The position numbers were made by a program, and so were the translations under genes. This document shows, piece by piece, positions 47,816 to 57,394 of a DNA stretch of 64,000 nucleotides (positions are counted from its first letter, which is position 1; every line of letters begins with the position of its first letter). The notes beneath the pieces were generated by a model. The model saw nothing but the letters and a program-made list of their open reading frames with translations, made no database searches and had not been told where the DNA came from. Origin of the DNA: Cyanobacteriota bacterium (GTDB taxonomy: Bacteria > Cyanobacteriota > Cyanobacteriia > Thermostichales > Thermostichaceae); NCBI GenBank assembly GCA_033764955.1, contig JANRIL010000001.1, positions 32,653 to 96,652 of the forward strand, in the 5' to 3' direction.

Positions 47816-48597
47816 TAGTCTCCCTGAGGCTGATCTTCCCAATGACGAATCTCTGTTGGCTGGCCGGGATCCCAAGGATTTTTCTGAGAAGCATGCAACC
47901 CCTGTGAAACCACTGCATAAACATCCTCCGAAATCAGACGGGATCCCTGGTAGACAGAAACCAACAAATGCTGAGGATCCCGCCAACTCTCCTGGCGTTG
48001 CAGAGGTTGAAGGGGTAGAGCAGTGGATCCATATAAGCTAATGATCAGATGGTGTTGGCTGGCTCGCACTCGCCAGCGAATCGGCCAGGGATAGGGGTTT
48101 TGTAAGCGCAGGTCTGCTTGCCCATACCAAACGGTGGCGTCCAATCCGGTGGGCACCGACTCGACTGTCGTGAAGTGGGCATGGCGTTCGATCACCCGCA
48201 ACCCCGCTCGCAAAGCAGCTTCGTAGAGACTGGAGGAAACTTGACAGATGCCTCCCCCCACCGAGTCTACGGTTTCCGAGGTCATAAAAGCAGGGGCGGG
48301 TAAATAGCCTCGCTCTAACGTGCGTGGTCCCACCTGCTGATTAAAGGAAAAGATCTCCCCCGGCTCCAGATAAAGTCCATCCAAACGGGTTGCGGCCTGT
48401 AGGATATTGTGTCGCTGGCTGGCATCCCGCTCCTCCAGGGAAGTGGTGGATTGGCTCAGCCGTTGGCTATCCACACGGGTTAACCCGAGAGCCGCCGCCG
48501 CCACCACTGGCAATAGCCCCAGCAGGCCCCAACGCATCCACCCGCTCAGGGATCCCCTAATTTGCCTCGATCTGTGGATGTTAGTTGACTCGTCCAT
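47815..48597 (-). CDS. VanW-family protein
   Basis: 'PGEIFSFNQQVGPR', 'GGGICQVSS', 'GLDATV', 'DLRLQNP'. Confidence 0.9.
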   Translation of the reverse strand: MDESTNIHRSRQIRGSLSGWMRWGLLGLLPVVAAAALGLTRVDSQRLSQSTTSLEERDASQRHNILQAATRLDGLYLEPGEIFSFNQQVGPRTLERGYLPAPAFMTSETVDSVGGGICQVSSSLYEAALRAGLRVIERHAHFTTVESVPTGLDATVWYGQADLRLQNPYPWPIRWRVRASQHHLIISLYGSTALPLQPLQRQESWRDPQHLLVSVYQGSRLISEDVYAVVSQGLHASQKNPWDPGQPTEIRHWEDQPQGD

Positions 48598-49567
48598 CGG
48601 GCATAGTGGCTCCCTGCAAAATCGCTCCCAATAGATTAGCCGTGCTTAAATCGGCGCGGGTGAGAAGAGCCTCCGTTAAATTAGCGTTTTCTAGGTTGGT
48701 ACGGGCAAGATAGGCATCCACTAGGCTGGCTCGACTCAGGTTGCATCCTGTCAAATTGGCTCGACTTAAGTCCGCTCGTGCCAGCTTGGCCTCGCTGAGG
48801 TTCACCCCCACCAAATTGGCCTTGCCCAGCTTCGCCTCCACCAAATTGGCATCCTTGAGATTGCTCCCCGATAAATCCGCATCCGCCAACTTCGCTCGTT
48901 CTAACTTCGCTCCCGCCAGATTGACCCCTACCAAATTGGCTCCTGTCAAATCCGCATCCCGCAGCGAAGCTCCCCGTAAATTGGCTCCGGCTAGGTTGGC
49001 TCCGGCTAGGTTGGCTTCCGCTAGGTTGGCCTCCACCAAATTGGCTCCACTCAGATCCACCCGTGATAAATCTGCTCCTCCAGCGTTCACCCCCTGTAAA
49101 TCAGCTCGACTCAGGTTGGCACTGCGAAGCACACAGTTGCGCCGACTATCTCGCCGCAGATTGGCTCCCCGCAGACAGGCTCCTGAGAGATTGGCGCTGC
49201 TCAGATTCGTATTTCGTAAATCCGCCTCAATTAAATTGGCATCCAAAAGCGTCGCCAAGGTCATGTTGGATCCCTGTAAATCGGATCCCTGCAAATTGGC
49301 TCCATGCAGGTTGGCATCGCTTAAGTCGGCATCCGTTAGATCCGCTTGATTGAGGTTAGCACCACACAGCTTAGCCCCCACCAGATTGGCTTTGCTCAAC
49401 TTCGCCCGCCCTAAATAAGTAAAAACCATCGAAGCGCTGTGCAGATCGGCCTTAGAAAGATTCACCCCAATCAAATCAGCTCGGCTCAGATCAACCCCCC
49501 CTAGGTTTTCTCCCATAAAATTAGTTGTACCGGAAGCATAACGTCGCAGTAGTTGATCGGCATCCAT
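48581..49567 (-). CDS. Pentapeptide-repeat protein
   Basis: Continuous A(D/N)Lxx repeats; 'LLRRYASG..NF' N-cap, 'MPDG' C-cap. Confidence 0.95.
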   Translation of the reverse strand: MDADQLLRRYASGTTNFMGENLGGVDLSRADLIGVNLSKADLHSASMVFTYLGRAKLSKANLVGAKLCGANLNQADLTDADLSDANLHGANLQGSDLQGSNMTLATLLDANLIEADLRNTNLSSANLSGACLRGANLRRDSRRNCVLRSANLSRADLQGVNAGGADLSRVDLSGANLVEANLAEANLAGANLAGANLRGASLRDADLTGANLVGVNLAGAKLERAKLADADLSGSNLKDANLVEAKLGKANLVGVNLSEAKLARADLSRANLTGCNLSRASLVDAYLARTNLENANLTEALLTRADLSTANLLGAILQGATMPDGRVN

Positions 49568-49688
49568 AGCAGTAAGCAGTTATGAGTGAGAAGTTGTGGG
49601 TAAAACGGGATAGAGGTTAATTTTGGGAATCATCCGAGAGCAATTAATTTTTTCAATGAAAGCTTTTCTGAGTGAAACCCTAGAAATA

Positions 49689-51458
49689 CTACAAACCAAA
49701 TAAACGTCGTTCTGCTTCCTCCATTTTGCTGAGCATTGAGGTAAATTTGCCAGAGATTTCTGTAATTTCTCGAATAAATAAATGCAGAGCTTGATACTTT
49801 AGGGTGAGGGCTTCTGCTAAACTGCGAGCCTGGAAACTTTCATCTAATATATTGCCAAATTCCGAGAGTTTATTTTCTATCGCCGTTTTGACCATGCTGA
49901 TACTGCGGCGTACCAAGCGTTTGATGTCTTCATCCAACTCCGGTTTGGAGCGCACCAATTCGCTACTGACCAAAATCTCTCGCAGTGAGGAATAGGGATC
50001 CTCTTCACGGATGTTTTCAGCCGATGGAGTCGTCAAAACATCCGCTTGCAGGAGTCTTTGTTCGGCAGCCTGTAATTTGTTGAGAATGGCGGTAAAAGTG
50101 GAAGCGGATCCCTCGACATCTTTCAAAAAGCCTCGTAAGACTTGGTGCTTGAGGGAGAGATATTCAGCCGGATCTTCGTCCTGAAGCCGTTCATCCAACT
50201 GGTTCCCCAGTTCGCTGAGGGTATTTTCGATAGTGATCATGAGGGCATTAGCGTTTTTATCTACAAGCCGTCTGATGCGTTCATCTAGCTCAACCTGCTC
50301 ACCGTTGCCAGGAGGAGGATTGGGTGGCAGGGGGTGGGGCGGCGTAGTCCGGCGAACGGGAAGGGGTGGGGTGGGGGCAGCGGGGTGGGTCTGGGTAATC
50401 GGCAACTCGGGCTGCCAAGTGGCCTCCTCAGGCTGACTGGGGGAGGCGAGGGGAGGCTGAGTGGAAAACGGGGCGGGGGAGGGGCGGGGCGGGGAGGCGG
50501 GGGCAACCGGAGGGGGGGAAGTAGGAAAAGGCGGGGGAGGGGAAGTGTAGGTAATGGGGGGGGAAGCTAGCGGGGGAGGGTTAGCGCTGGCAAAGGAATA
50601 ACCCGGTATGGGCTGCTCCACCTCCGTGATCCGACTGCTTTGCCCGGAACCGCCGTTTAGCCAGGAGAGTTCTGAACCATCGAGAGAGTCTTCTAAATCG
50701 AGTCCTAGCAAGCCTCCCACTGCCGTTGGCAAAGGATCCGGCTGGGGCAGTGGTTCATAAATATAGAGGGGCTTCATAGCATAGATCAAAGCACTCGCCA
50801 CCTGACTGGTTTGGTCGGGATCCTCCATCTGCGAGACCATTCCCCTCACCTTAGATTCCAGATCCTCTGGTGTCGGGCATGTTTCAAACAATTGTCGGAG
50901 CAATTCATCCAGGCTGTAGCGCTTGAGGATGGCTAGCCCCTGATCATTGAGGGGGATCGGTTGATAGAGGAGGGCATAAAGCAGCAGCTTGGCACGCAGC
51001 GGATTGGATTGGCGAAAAATCTCACTGCGAAGGGCAAATGGATTGTAATCAGGCTTAACAAGCTGCATCCCTGGGGGGGCGGGGGGCTTGGTGATGGGTG
51101 TGGGAGGATGACCCATCCCAGAGGAGGGAGGGATTCCTCTGGCGGGAGGCGGAGTAGAGGTGGGTTGACCGTAGAGTTTGCCCAAACGCTCGACAATAAT
51201 CTTGGCTAACTTGGCATATTCTGCTTTTTTGTTGATGTGTTTGATGGCGTCGCCAAAACTTTGAATCAGTTGCTCAAGGGTGCTATTTCGCTTATAGAGT
51301 TCTTCTAGGAGATCATTGAGATTCAGGTCATCAATGACACGGGCGTCATTTTCCCATTTATTGTGGCAGGTATAAAAAATTAACTTTTTGATGCGGCTCA
51401 GGTTGGGATCTTGATGCAGATCTTGGGTGACTTGATGAAGGAGAGCCAGGGTTTCCAT
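49689..51458 (-). CDS. Hypothetical protein: two helical N-terminal modules, Pro-rich linker, two ~85-aa C-terminal repeats
   Basis: 589-aa ORF with visible internal duplications. Confidence 0.8.
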   Translation of the reverse strand: METLALLHQVTQDLHQDPNLSRIKKLIFYTCHNKWENDARVIDDLNLNDLLEELYKRNSTLEQLIQSFGDAIKHINKKAEYAKLAKIIVERLGKLYGQPTSTPPPARGIPPSSGMGHPPTPITKPPAPPGMQLVKPDYNPFALRSEIFRQSNPLRAKLLLYALLYQPIPLNDQGLAILKRYSLDELLRQLFETCPTPEDLESKVRGMVSQMEDPDQTSQVASALIYAMKPLYIYEPLPQPDPLPTAVGGLLGLDLEDSLDGSELSWLNGGSGQSSRITEVEQPIPGYSFASANPPPLASPPITYTSPPPPFPTSPPPVAPASPPRPSPAPFSTQPPLASPSQPEEATWQPELPITQTHPAAPTPPLPVRRTTPPHPLPPNPPPGNGEQVELDERIRRLVDKNANALMITIENTLSELGNQLDERLQDEDPAEYLSLKHQVLRGFLKDVEGSASTFTAILNKLQAAEQRLLQADVLTTPSAENIREEDPYSSLREILVSSELVRSKPELDEDIKRLVRRSISMVKTAIENKLSEFGNILDESFQARSLAEALTLKYQALHLFIREITEISGKFTSMLSKMEEAERRLFGL

Positions 51459-51799
51459 ATCAGCCTTGTGCCAACCGGACCAAAAAGAGAGGTATCATCG
51501 GCGTCTGTTTTGTCCACTTATCCAACCCTTTGACTGCTAATCTAGCCGTAAAGCTTAGGGATCCCTAATCGCCAGGTGGTTAGAGAAAAGCACTAAGTTC
51601 TTCAGGATTTATGGCTCACCAACAGGAACGGTAATGCTTCGCAGGATAGCATATCGACTCTAACCTGAGGACTTTTCTGTAGGGTAAAGTCTGCGGAAAA
51701 GTCAATAAACCACCCAAAAGGAACCAATGGCTCAAACCCCTCTATCCCATCAGCGAAAAATCTTGCCTCAAGATGGGATCCCAGCCGGTTCGGGTTGCC

Positions 51800-52540
51800 T
51801 TAGTCCCGCTCGTTAGGAAGGGATCCCCGACCCAAATCATAGCGGGAGGGGGTGGCAAACAACCCTAACATTGGCCCCAAGACAGCTCCAAAGACAAATC
51901 CCCCGGCATGTGCCCAGTAGGCAATACCTCCCCCTTCCATGCCAATGTTGGAGCGTGCTCCTAGACTGGCCAGCCCATAGAGCGCCTGTTGCACAAACCA
52001 AAAACCCAAAAAGACCCAGGCCGGAACTTGTAGAGTGGTGATGAAAATACCAATTGGAATCAGGGTGAGAACTTCTGCCCGTGGAAACCGTAGGATATAG
52101 GCACCCAACACCCCGGCGATCGCCCCACTAGCCCCCAAGGAAGGGATCCGAGAGAGCGGATCAAAATACCATTGGGTGAGTGCCGCTAAGGCTCCGCACG
52201 TTAGATAAAAAATGATGAATTTGAAATGTCCCAGTCGATCCTCGACATTATTGCCAAATACCCAGAGAAAAAGCATGTTCCCCGCGATATGCAAAAAGCC
52301 TCCATGCAGAAATTGTGAGGTAAAAAGAGTTAACCACTCCGGTCGTCCCTGGTTGGGGAGCAAACCGCGAAAACTAGCCGTCAAATCTCTGGGCACCACC
52401 GCCCATGTTTGAAAAAATCGCTCTAGATCCGCACCACTTAACGTCAGTTCATAGAGAAAAATCATAATATTGAGGATTAACAGCCCATAAGTGACGTAGG
52501 GAACTAGGGTGGTGGGGTTTTTATCTTTGAGAGGAACCAT
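51800..52540 (-). CDS. Rhomboid-family intramembrane serine protease
   Basis: 'FLHGGFLHIAGNM', 'GASG', 'AYWAHAGG'. Confidence 0.95.
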   Translation of the reverse strand: MVPLKDKNPTTLVPYVTYGLLILNIMIFLYELTLSGADLERFFQTWAVVPRDLTASFRGLLPNQGRPEWLTLFTSQFLHGGFLHIAGNMLFLWVFGNNVEDRLGHFKFIIFYLTCGALAALTQWYFDPLSRIPSLGASGAIAGVLGAYILRFPRAEVLTLIPIGIFITTLQVPAWVFLGFWFVQQALYGLASLGARSNIGMEGGGIAYWAHAGGFVFGAVLGPMLGLFATPSRYDLGRGSLPNERD

Positions 52541-53063
52541 AGTTGTAGCTCCTCTGAGGAGCAAATGGGGTGGATAGGCGTCGCCAGTTGCCGTTTAGTC
52601 TAACCTTCTTTTAGAGGTAGATCCCTCCACTGGTTGGATCCCTGGGAGCAGATGGTTGGCTTTACAACAAAATAGCTACGACAGAGGCTTTTAGTGTTCT
52701 TTGCCCTGAATGTGGATCATTAAGGTAAATTTCAAAACAAAATCCCTAACCCGCAGCCTCTATTATCTTCCTAGTCCAGCTTCCGCTTAGAGAACGCAGA
52801 GAGCAGAACCCTAATTTCTAAAGATCCTTAATGAATCCTTATGAGAACTCTATAGGCTTGTCGATCACGTTTAGGTATCCTACTGAACGGTCATGTCATG
52901 ATCATTTCTCATCCAGCCCCGAATCCTTGGCCAACCTAGAGTGGCAAAAATTGGCTTCACGTTTAGGGATCCGCCGTTGATGACTGACCTCAACGCCTCC
53001 TTCACCATTTTAGGGATCGGGAATAATGCTAATCTCGAAAAGCCATTCGCCTAATCTGTCCTG

Positions 53064-54155
53064 ATGCTGAGAGCCGGAATCGTTGGGTTGCCCAATGTAG
53101 GAAAATCAACCCTATTTAATGCCCTATCGGAAAATGCTAAAGCGGAGGCGGCTAACTTCCCCTTTTGCACCATCGAACCCAACACGGGGCTAGTGGTGGT
53201 GCCGGATGAGCGGTTAGCGGTACTCTCCCAGATCAGTCACTCCGAAGCTGTCATTCCCAGTCGCATCGAGTTTGTCGATATTGCTGGGTTAGTCGCGGGA
53301 GCCAGCAAGGGGGAAGGATTGGGTAACCAGTTTCTCTCCCACATTCGCCAAGTGGACGCGATTGTTCAGGTGGTTCGCTGTTTTGAGGATCCCAACATCA
53401 TCCATGTGGCCGGATCGGTGGATCCCTTGCGAGACATCGAGGTGATCAATCTTGAGCTAGCCCTCGCTGATCTGAGTCAGATCGAACGGCGGTTGGAACG
53501 GGTTCGCAAACAGGCCAAAACCGATAAACAAGCCCAACTGGAGCTAGGTGTCTTGGAACGGCTGCTGGAAGCCCTCAACATCGGCAAGCCTGCTCGCTCC
53601 ATTCCCTTAACTGAGGAAGAAGAAGCTACCATCAAATCTCTAGGACTGTTGACTCGTAAGCGCTTGATCTATGCCGCCAATGTGAGTGAAACGAATCTCG
53701 CCACAGGCAATGACTGGGTAGAACAGGTGCGGACACTGGCAGCCAGCGAGGGATCCAAGGTAGTGGTGGTTTCAGCCCAGGTGGAGGCGGAACTGATCGA
53801 GTTGCCGGCATCCGATCGACAAGACTATCTCGACTCGCTGGGGGTGTCAGAGGGTGGGCTAAAATCCCTTATTCAAGCCACCTACGATCTGTTAGGACTG
53901 CGGACGTATTTTACCTCCGGCCCCAAGGAAACCCGCGCCTGGACGATCCCGATTGGGGCGACGGCTCCCCAGGCTGCCGGGGTGATCCACACGGACTTTG
54001 AACGGGGCTTTATCCGGGCGGAAACAGTGGCCTACGGGGATTTGGTCAAGGCGGGATCCCTCAACCAGGCCAAAGAAAAAGGTTGGGTACGCAGTGAGGG
54101 TAAAGAGTATGTGGTGCAGGAGGGAGATGTCATGCACTTCCGCTTTAATGTCTGA
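53064..54155 (+). CDS. ychF: Redox-regulated ATPase YchF
   Basis: '[15 protein letters not shown]', '[10 protein letters not shown]', '[12 protein letters not shown]', 'DVMHFRFNV'. Confidence 0.97.
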   Translation: MLRAGIVGLPNVGKSTLFNALSENAKAEAANFPFCTIEPNTGLVVVPDERLAVLSQISHSEAVIPSRIEFVDIAGLVAGASKGEGLGNQFLSHIRQVDAIVQVVRCFEDPNIIHVAGSVDPLRDIEVINLELALADLSQIERRLERVRKQAKTDKQAQLELGVLERLLEALNIGKPARSIPLTEEEEATIKSLGLLTRKRLIYAANVSETNLATGNDWVEQVRTLAASEGSKVVVVSAQVEAELIELPASDRQDYLDSLGVSEGGLKSLIQATYDLLGLRTYFTSGPKETRAWTIPIGATAPQAAGVIHTDFERGFIRAETVAYGDLVKAGSLNQAKEKGWVRSEGKEYVVQEGDVMHFRFNV

Positions 54156-54402
54156 GGGGATGGCTGATCCTGCGCGGGATCCCCTAGCCAATTGCTCAGT
54201 TTGCCCTGGAACACTGCCGTTGATCACAGAGATGCTAGAGAGGATTGCGGTAAGCTAGCCAGCAGCTACCTGTCCTGCCCATCCTGGAAGAGCGAAACCG
54301 CTAGCGGTGGATTCCTGGTCAATTTTTTTGAAATTATCTGAAGAAAAAATCTGACTCCATTAAAAGCTAAAAACGCATGATCAGCCTTGTTGAAGGATCC
54401 CT

Positions 54403-56229
54403 ATGAGATGGATAAATTCCAGTTCCCTGGTTGGGTTTTTGGGCAGTTTTGTCCTGGTGGGACTGATCGCTTGGGGTCTCTCGTGGCAGGTGGAAGAGAT
54501 TCAGGTGGATCCCCCCCCGCCTGCCCAGCCCCCTGTCGTCAGCCGCTCCGTCGATCTGATCGGTCGGCGGGGAGGACAGCAGCGCTGGCGACTGTTGGCG
54601 GAAGAAGTGGAGCTAGAGCAGGGGCAGCAAATATTTGATCGCGGAGCGCATGGATTTTTTTACGGCAACCCTAGCACTCCCCAGGATGAGGGGGAGCTGT
54701 TCTTTCGAGATCAGGAAGAAATGGCTTGGGAAGCTAAACAAGCCCGCTACAATCCTGCCGACGATCAGTTGTTTTTGACTGAAGAGGTGGCGGTGAATGG
54801 GCAAGATGGCAGCCAACTGTTAACCAGTGCCCTCAAAGTCACCCCTGAAGAAGCCATCGAAGTCCCCGCTGCTTTCACCCTCAAGGGGGATGAAGTTACC
54901 CTCTCAGGAGAATCAGGAACCTTTAACTTTCAATTTGCCCGCCTGACGGCCAAACAAGGGCGGCTAACTGTGCATGAGCCAGATCCACTGGCGGCTGATG
55001 GCAATACTTCCGCTTCGTCCACCCTGGTAGCCTCGGCCACGACCACCACCACCACCATTACTGCTGATGATTTGCAGTATGACCGTCATAACCAAATCGC
55101 TGAGGGACAAGGCAATTTAGTCATTCAAGATGGCGGCATTGAGATCAAAGCTCCCCAGGGTCGCTATAACCGCAAGGCAGCCCAAAGTATCCTATCCGGG
55201 GGTGTTACCCTGCGAGAGGTCAACCGTTCTCAAGCTAATGGGGATCCTCTTTTAGCCGATCTCACCCTAGTGCAAGCTGAGCCTGCCGATAGCCCCGAGC
55301 AGGAAGTAACCATCATCGCCGATCAACTGACCTATGACCGCAATACCCAAATTGCTCAGGGGGAGGGCAATCTGGAAATTCAACAGGGAGAAACGGTGAT
55401 CGCCGCTCCCACGGGCAGCTATCGCCGCAAAGAGTCCCAGAGCGTCTTAACAGGGGGAGTGACGCTGCGGGAACCCCAGCGGGTCTTACAGGCCGCTCGT
55501 TTGGAAGGGAACCACCGCGACAAGATCTTTTTGTTTGAAGAGAATGTCGTTTATACCCAATTAGCAGAGGGATCCCCGACCTCTGGAGAAGAGACCCTCA
55601 CCGAAGAATTGCGGCGGGCTGAAACGGAGGTAAAGTCCACTCGTCTGGTTTATAACTCCCGTAGCGAAACCTCAGAATTTAGCGATAACGTTGAATTTAT
55701 TCAAAAGAACCGTCAGGCCACCGCTCAGCAGGCCAGAATCACCCCGGAGCAGGTTCTGCTGGAGGGAGATGTGACCATTCAACAGATTCGCGGAGATTGG
55801 CTGGCACGGCGATTGGATAACCCTGAAACCCAGGCGGATGTGGATCGACCCACCCTAATTTTTGCCGACCGCGTAGAAATTGACCAAGCCACCAGTGATG
55901 CTCGTTTTTATGACAACGTCGTGATTGTTCAATCCAACCGTGCCGCCGAAGGAGATAGTGCTATCTATTCGGATCGGCTGCAAACCTTTGAGTTATTGGC
56001 GGAATCTGCACCCGTTTTGCTCTGTGACCGAGGCACAACCGCCGAACTCTTACCCGACTCCATCGAATCCTTGCCGGGACGGGATGCCCTGGATGTCACC
56101 TGCCGTGGAGCCAACAAAACCCAAGCCCAACGCATCAACCTCGATATGGCCAATGACACCTTCACTGCCATTGGTTCGGAAAAAGGGCAAAGCAGTATTC
56201 AGTTCAAAGTCACCAATGAAGCCCCCTAG
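54403..56229 (+). CDS. Membrane-anchored multi-beta-jellyroll LptC/LptA(OstA)-like protein
   Basis: N-terminal transmembrane helix, LptC-like 'WRLLAEE', repeated 'ITAD.L.YD...A.G.GN' OstA-type units; operon with LptF/G. Confidence 0.75.
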   Translation: MRWINSSSLVGFLGSFVLVGLIAWGLSWQVEEIQVDPPPPAQPPVVSRSVDLIGRRGGQQRWRLLAEEVELEQGQQIFDRGAHGFFYGNPSTPQDEGELFFRDQEEMAWEAKQARYNPADDQLFLTEEVAVNGQDGSQLLTSALKVTPEEAIEVPAAFTLKGDEVTLSGESGTFNFQFARLTAKQGRLTVHEPDPLAADGNTSASSTLVASATTTTTTITADDLQYDRHNQIAEGQGNLVIQDGGIEIKAPQGRYNRKAAQSILSGGVTLREVNRSQANGDPLLADLTLVQAEPADSPEQEVTIIADQLTYDRNTQIAQGEGNLEIQQGETVIAAPTGSYRRKESQSVLTGGVTLREPQRVLQAARLEGNHRDKIFLFEENVVYTQLAEGSPTSGEETLTEELRRAETEVKSTRLVYNSRSETSEFSDNVEFIQKNRQATAQQARITPEQVLLEGDVTIQQIRGDWLARRLDNPETQADVDRPTLIFADRVEIDQATSDARFYDNVVIVQSNRAAEGDSAIYSDRLQTFELLAESAPVLLCDRGTTAELLPDSIESLPGRDALDVTCRGANKTQAQRINLDMANDTFTAIGSEKGQSSIQFKVTNEAP

Positions 56230-57394
56230 TTCTGCGCTCCCTCCCGCTTTCGGTTGGCGATATCTCTCAGCCATCTGGGGATCCCTCTGGCTAGGGGGAT
56301 TCTTTTTGGAGGGCTATCTTCTCAAAGAAATGATTCGTCCTTTCTTTTTGGGAGTGGCTGGAGGCACAACCTTATTATTAGGTAACCAACTGTTTCTCTA
56401 TACCGATCTTTTGGTAAAAAAAGGTGTTCCTCCCATTACCATCTTGCAGATTTTGGTCTTAAACCTCCCTGCCATTTTGGTGGTCACTTTTCCGATTGCT
56501 GGACTATTTGCCACCCTCCTCATGTTGGGTCGGATGGGATCCGAGAGTGAGATCACTGCCCTGAGAGCGGCAGGCATCTCCTATCGCCGCCTGTTTATTC
56601 CGGTTTTATGTATTGGCATGGCTATTAGTGTTTTGGCCTTCTTGACTAATGATTTTATTGTCCCTCTCACCAATCAAAAAGTGAGAACCCTCAACCATAA
56701 TTTATTTTTGACCAAAGATGCAGTTTTTTTGGATGCCGAAGAATTTTTTAAGGTGGATGACAACCTCTGGTTTTATATTGGCCGCATTGATCGGGAGACG
56801 GGTTTGATGGAGGATGTGTTGATCCTCGATCGCAAAGCAGAGATCGGATCCCTGCGCTACCCCCAAGTGATCACCGCCCGCACCGCCCGCCAAGAAGGGC
56901 AGGATTGGCTGCTAGAAGGAGCGGTGGTACGCCGTTATGATGACCAGGCGCGCACCTACTACGAAGGGAAAGTGGGCAGAATGCAACTGCATATCGCTGA
57001 TGATCTGGTCAACTTGGCCAAGGGGGATCCCGTTCCCCAAGAGCAGTCAGCCAGGGTTTTAGCGGAACGCATTCAAAAATCGATTGAAGAAAATCGCCCC
57101 TCTGAAGACATCAAGCGCCTCCGCACGGAATGGCACCTCAAATTTTCTATTCCTTTTGCCAGTTTCTTTGCCATTATGATTGCAGCCCCCCTTGGGTTGC
57201 AGACAGTTCGCCAGACGGGTCGCTATGGGGGTGTGGCTGTGGCTATTGTTTTGGTGTTTATTTACTATGTATTGTTGAGCTTGAGTCGTAGTTTGGGTCG
57301 GGTGGGATCCGTGGATCCCTGGTTGGCTGCCTGGTTGCCTAATATCGTTTTTGCTGGTCTGGGAACGTTGTTGTTAGCGCGGTTTGTCAAATGA
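56216..57394 (+). CDS. LptF/LptG-family permease
   Basis: 'YLLKEMIRPF', 'SESEITALRAAGIS', 'KFSIPFA', 'AAWLPNIVF'. Confidence 0.9.
   Translation: MKPPSSALPPAFGWRYLSAIWGSLWLGGFFLEGYLLKEMIRPFFLGVAGGTTLLLGNQLFLYTDLLVKKGVPPITILQILVLNLPAILVVTFPIAGLFATLLMLGRMGSESEITALRAAGISYRRLFIPVLCIGMAISVLAFLTNDFIVPLTNQKVRTLNHNLFLTKDAVFLDAEEFFKVDDNLWFYIGRIDRETGLMEDVLILDRKAEIGSLRYPQVITARTARQEGQDWLLEGAVVRRYDDQARTYYEGKVGRMQLHIADDLVNLAKGDPVPQEQSARVLAERIQKSIEENRPSEDIKRLRTEWHLKFSIPFASFFAIMIAAPLGLQTVRQTGRYGGVAVAIVLVFIYYVLLSLSRSLGRVGSVDPWLAAWLPNIVFAGLGTLLLARFVK

Noticed and set aside
48950..49050. 15-bp tandem DNA repeats as a CRISPR or VNTR element
   Set aside because: Explained by pentapeptide coding repeats; there are no spacers and no cas genes in the window.
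50320..50580. G-run cluster as a functional G-quadruplex
   Set aside because: It is the antisense of Pro (CCN) codons in the linker; no independent evidence.
55925..56215. N-terminal extension of the LptF/G ORF
   Set aside because: It overlaps the upstream gene in another frame; family-like sequence begins only after 56216.
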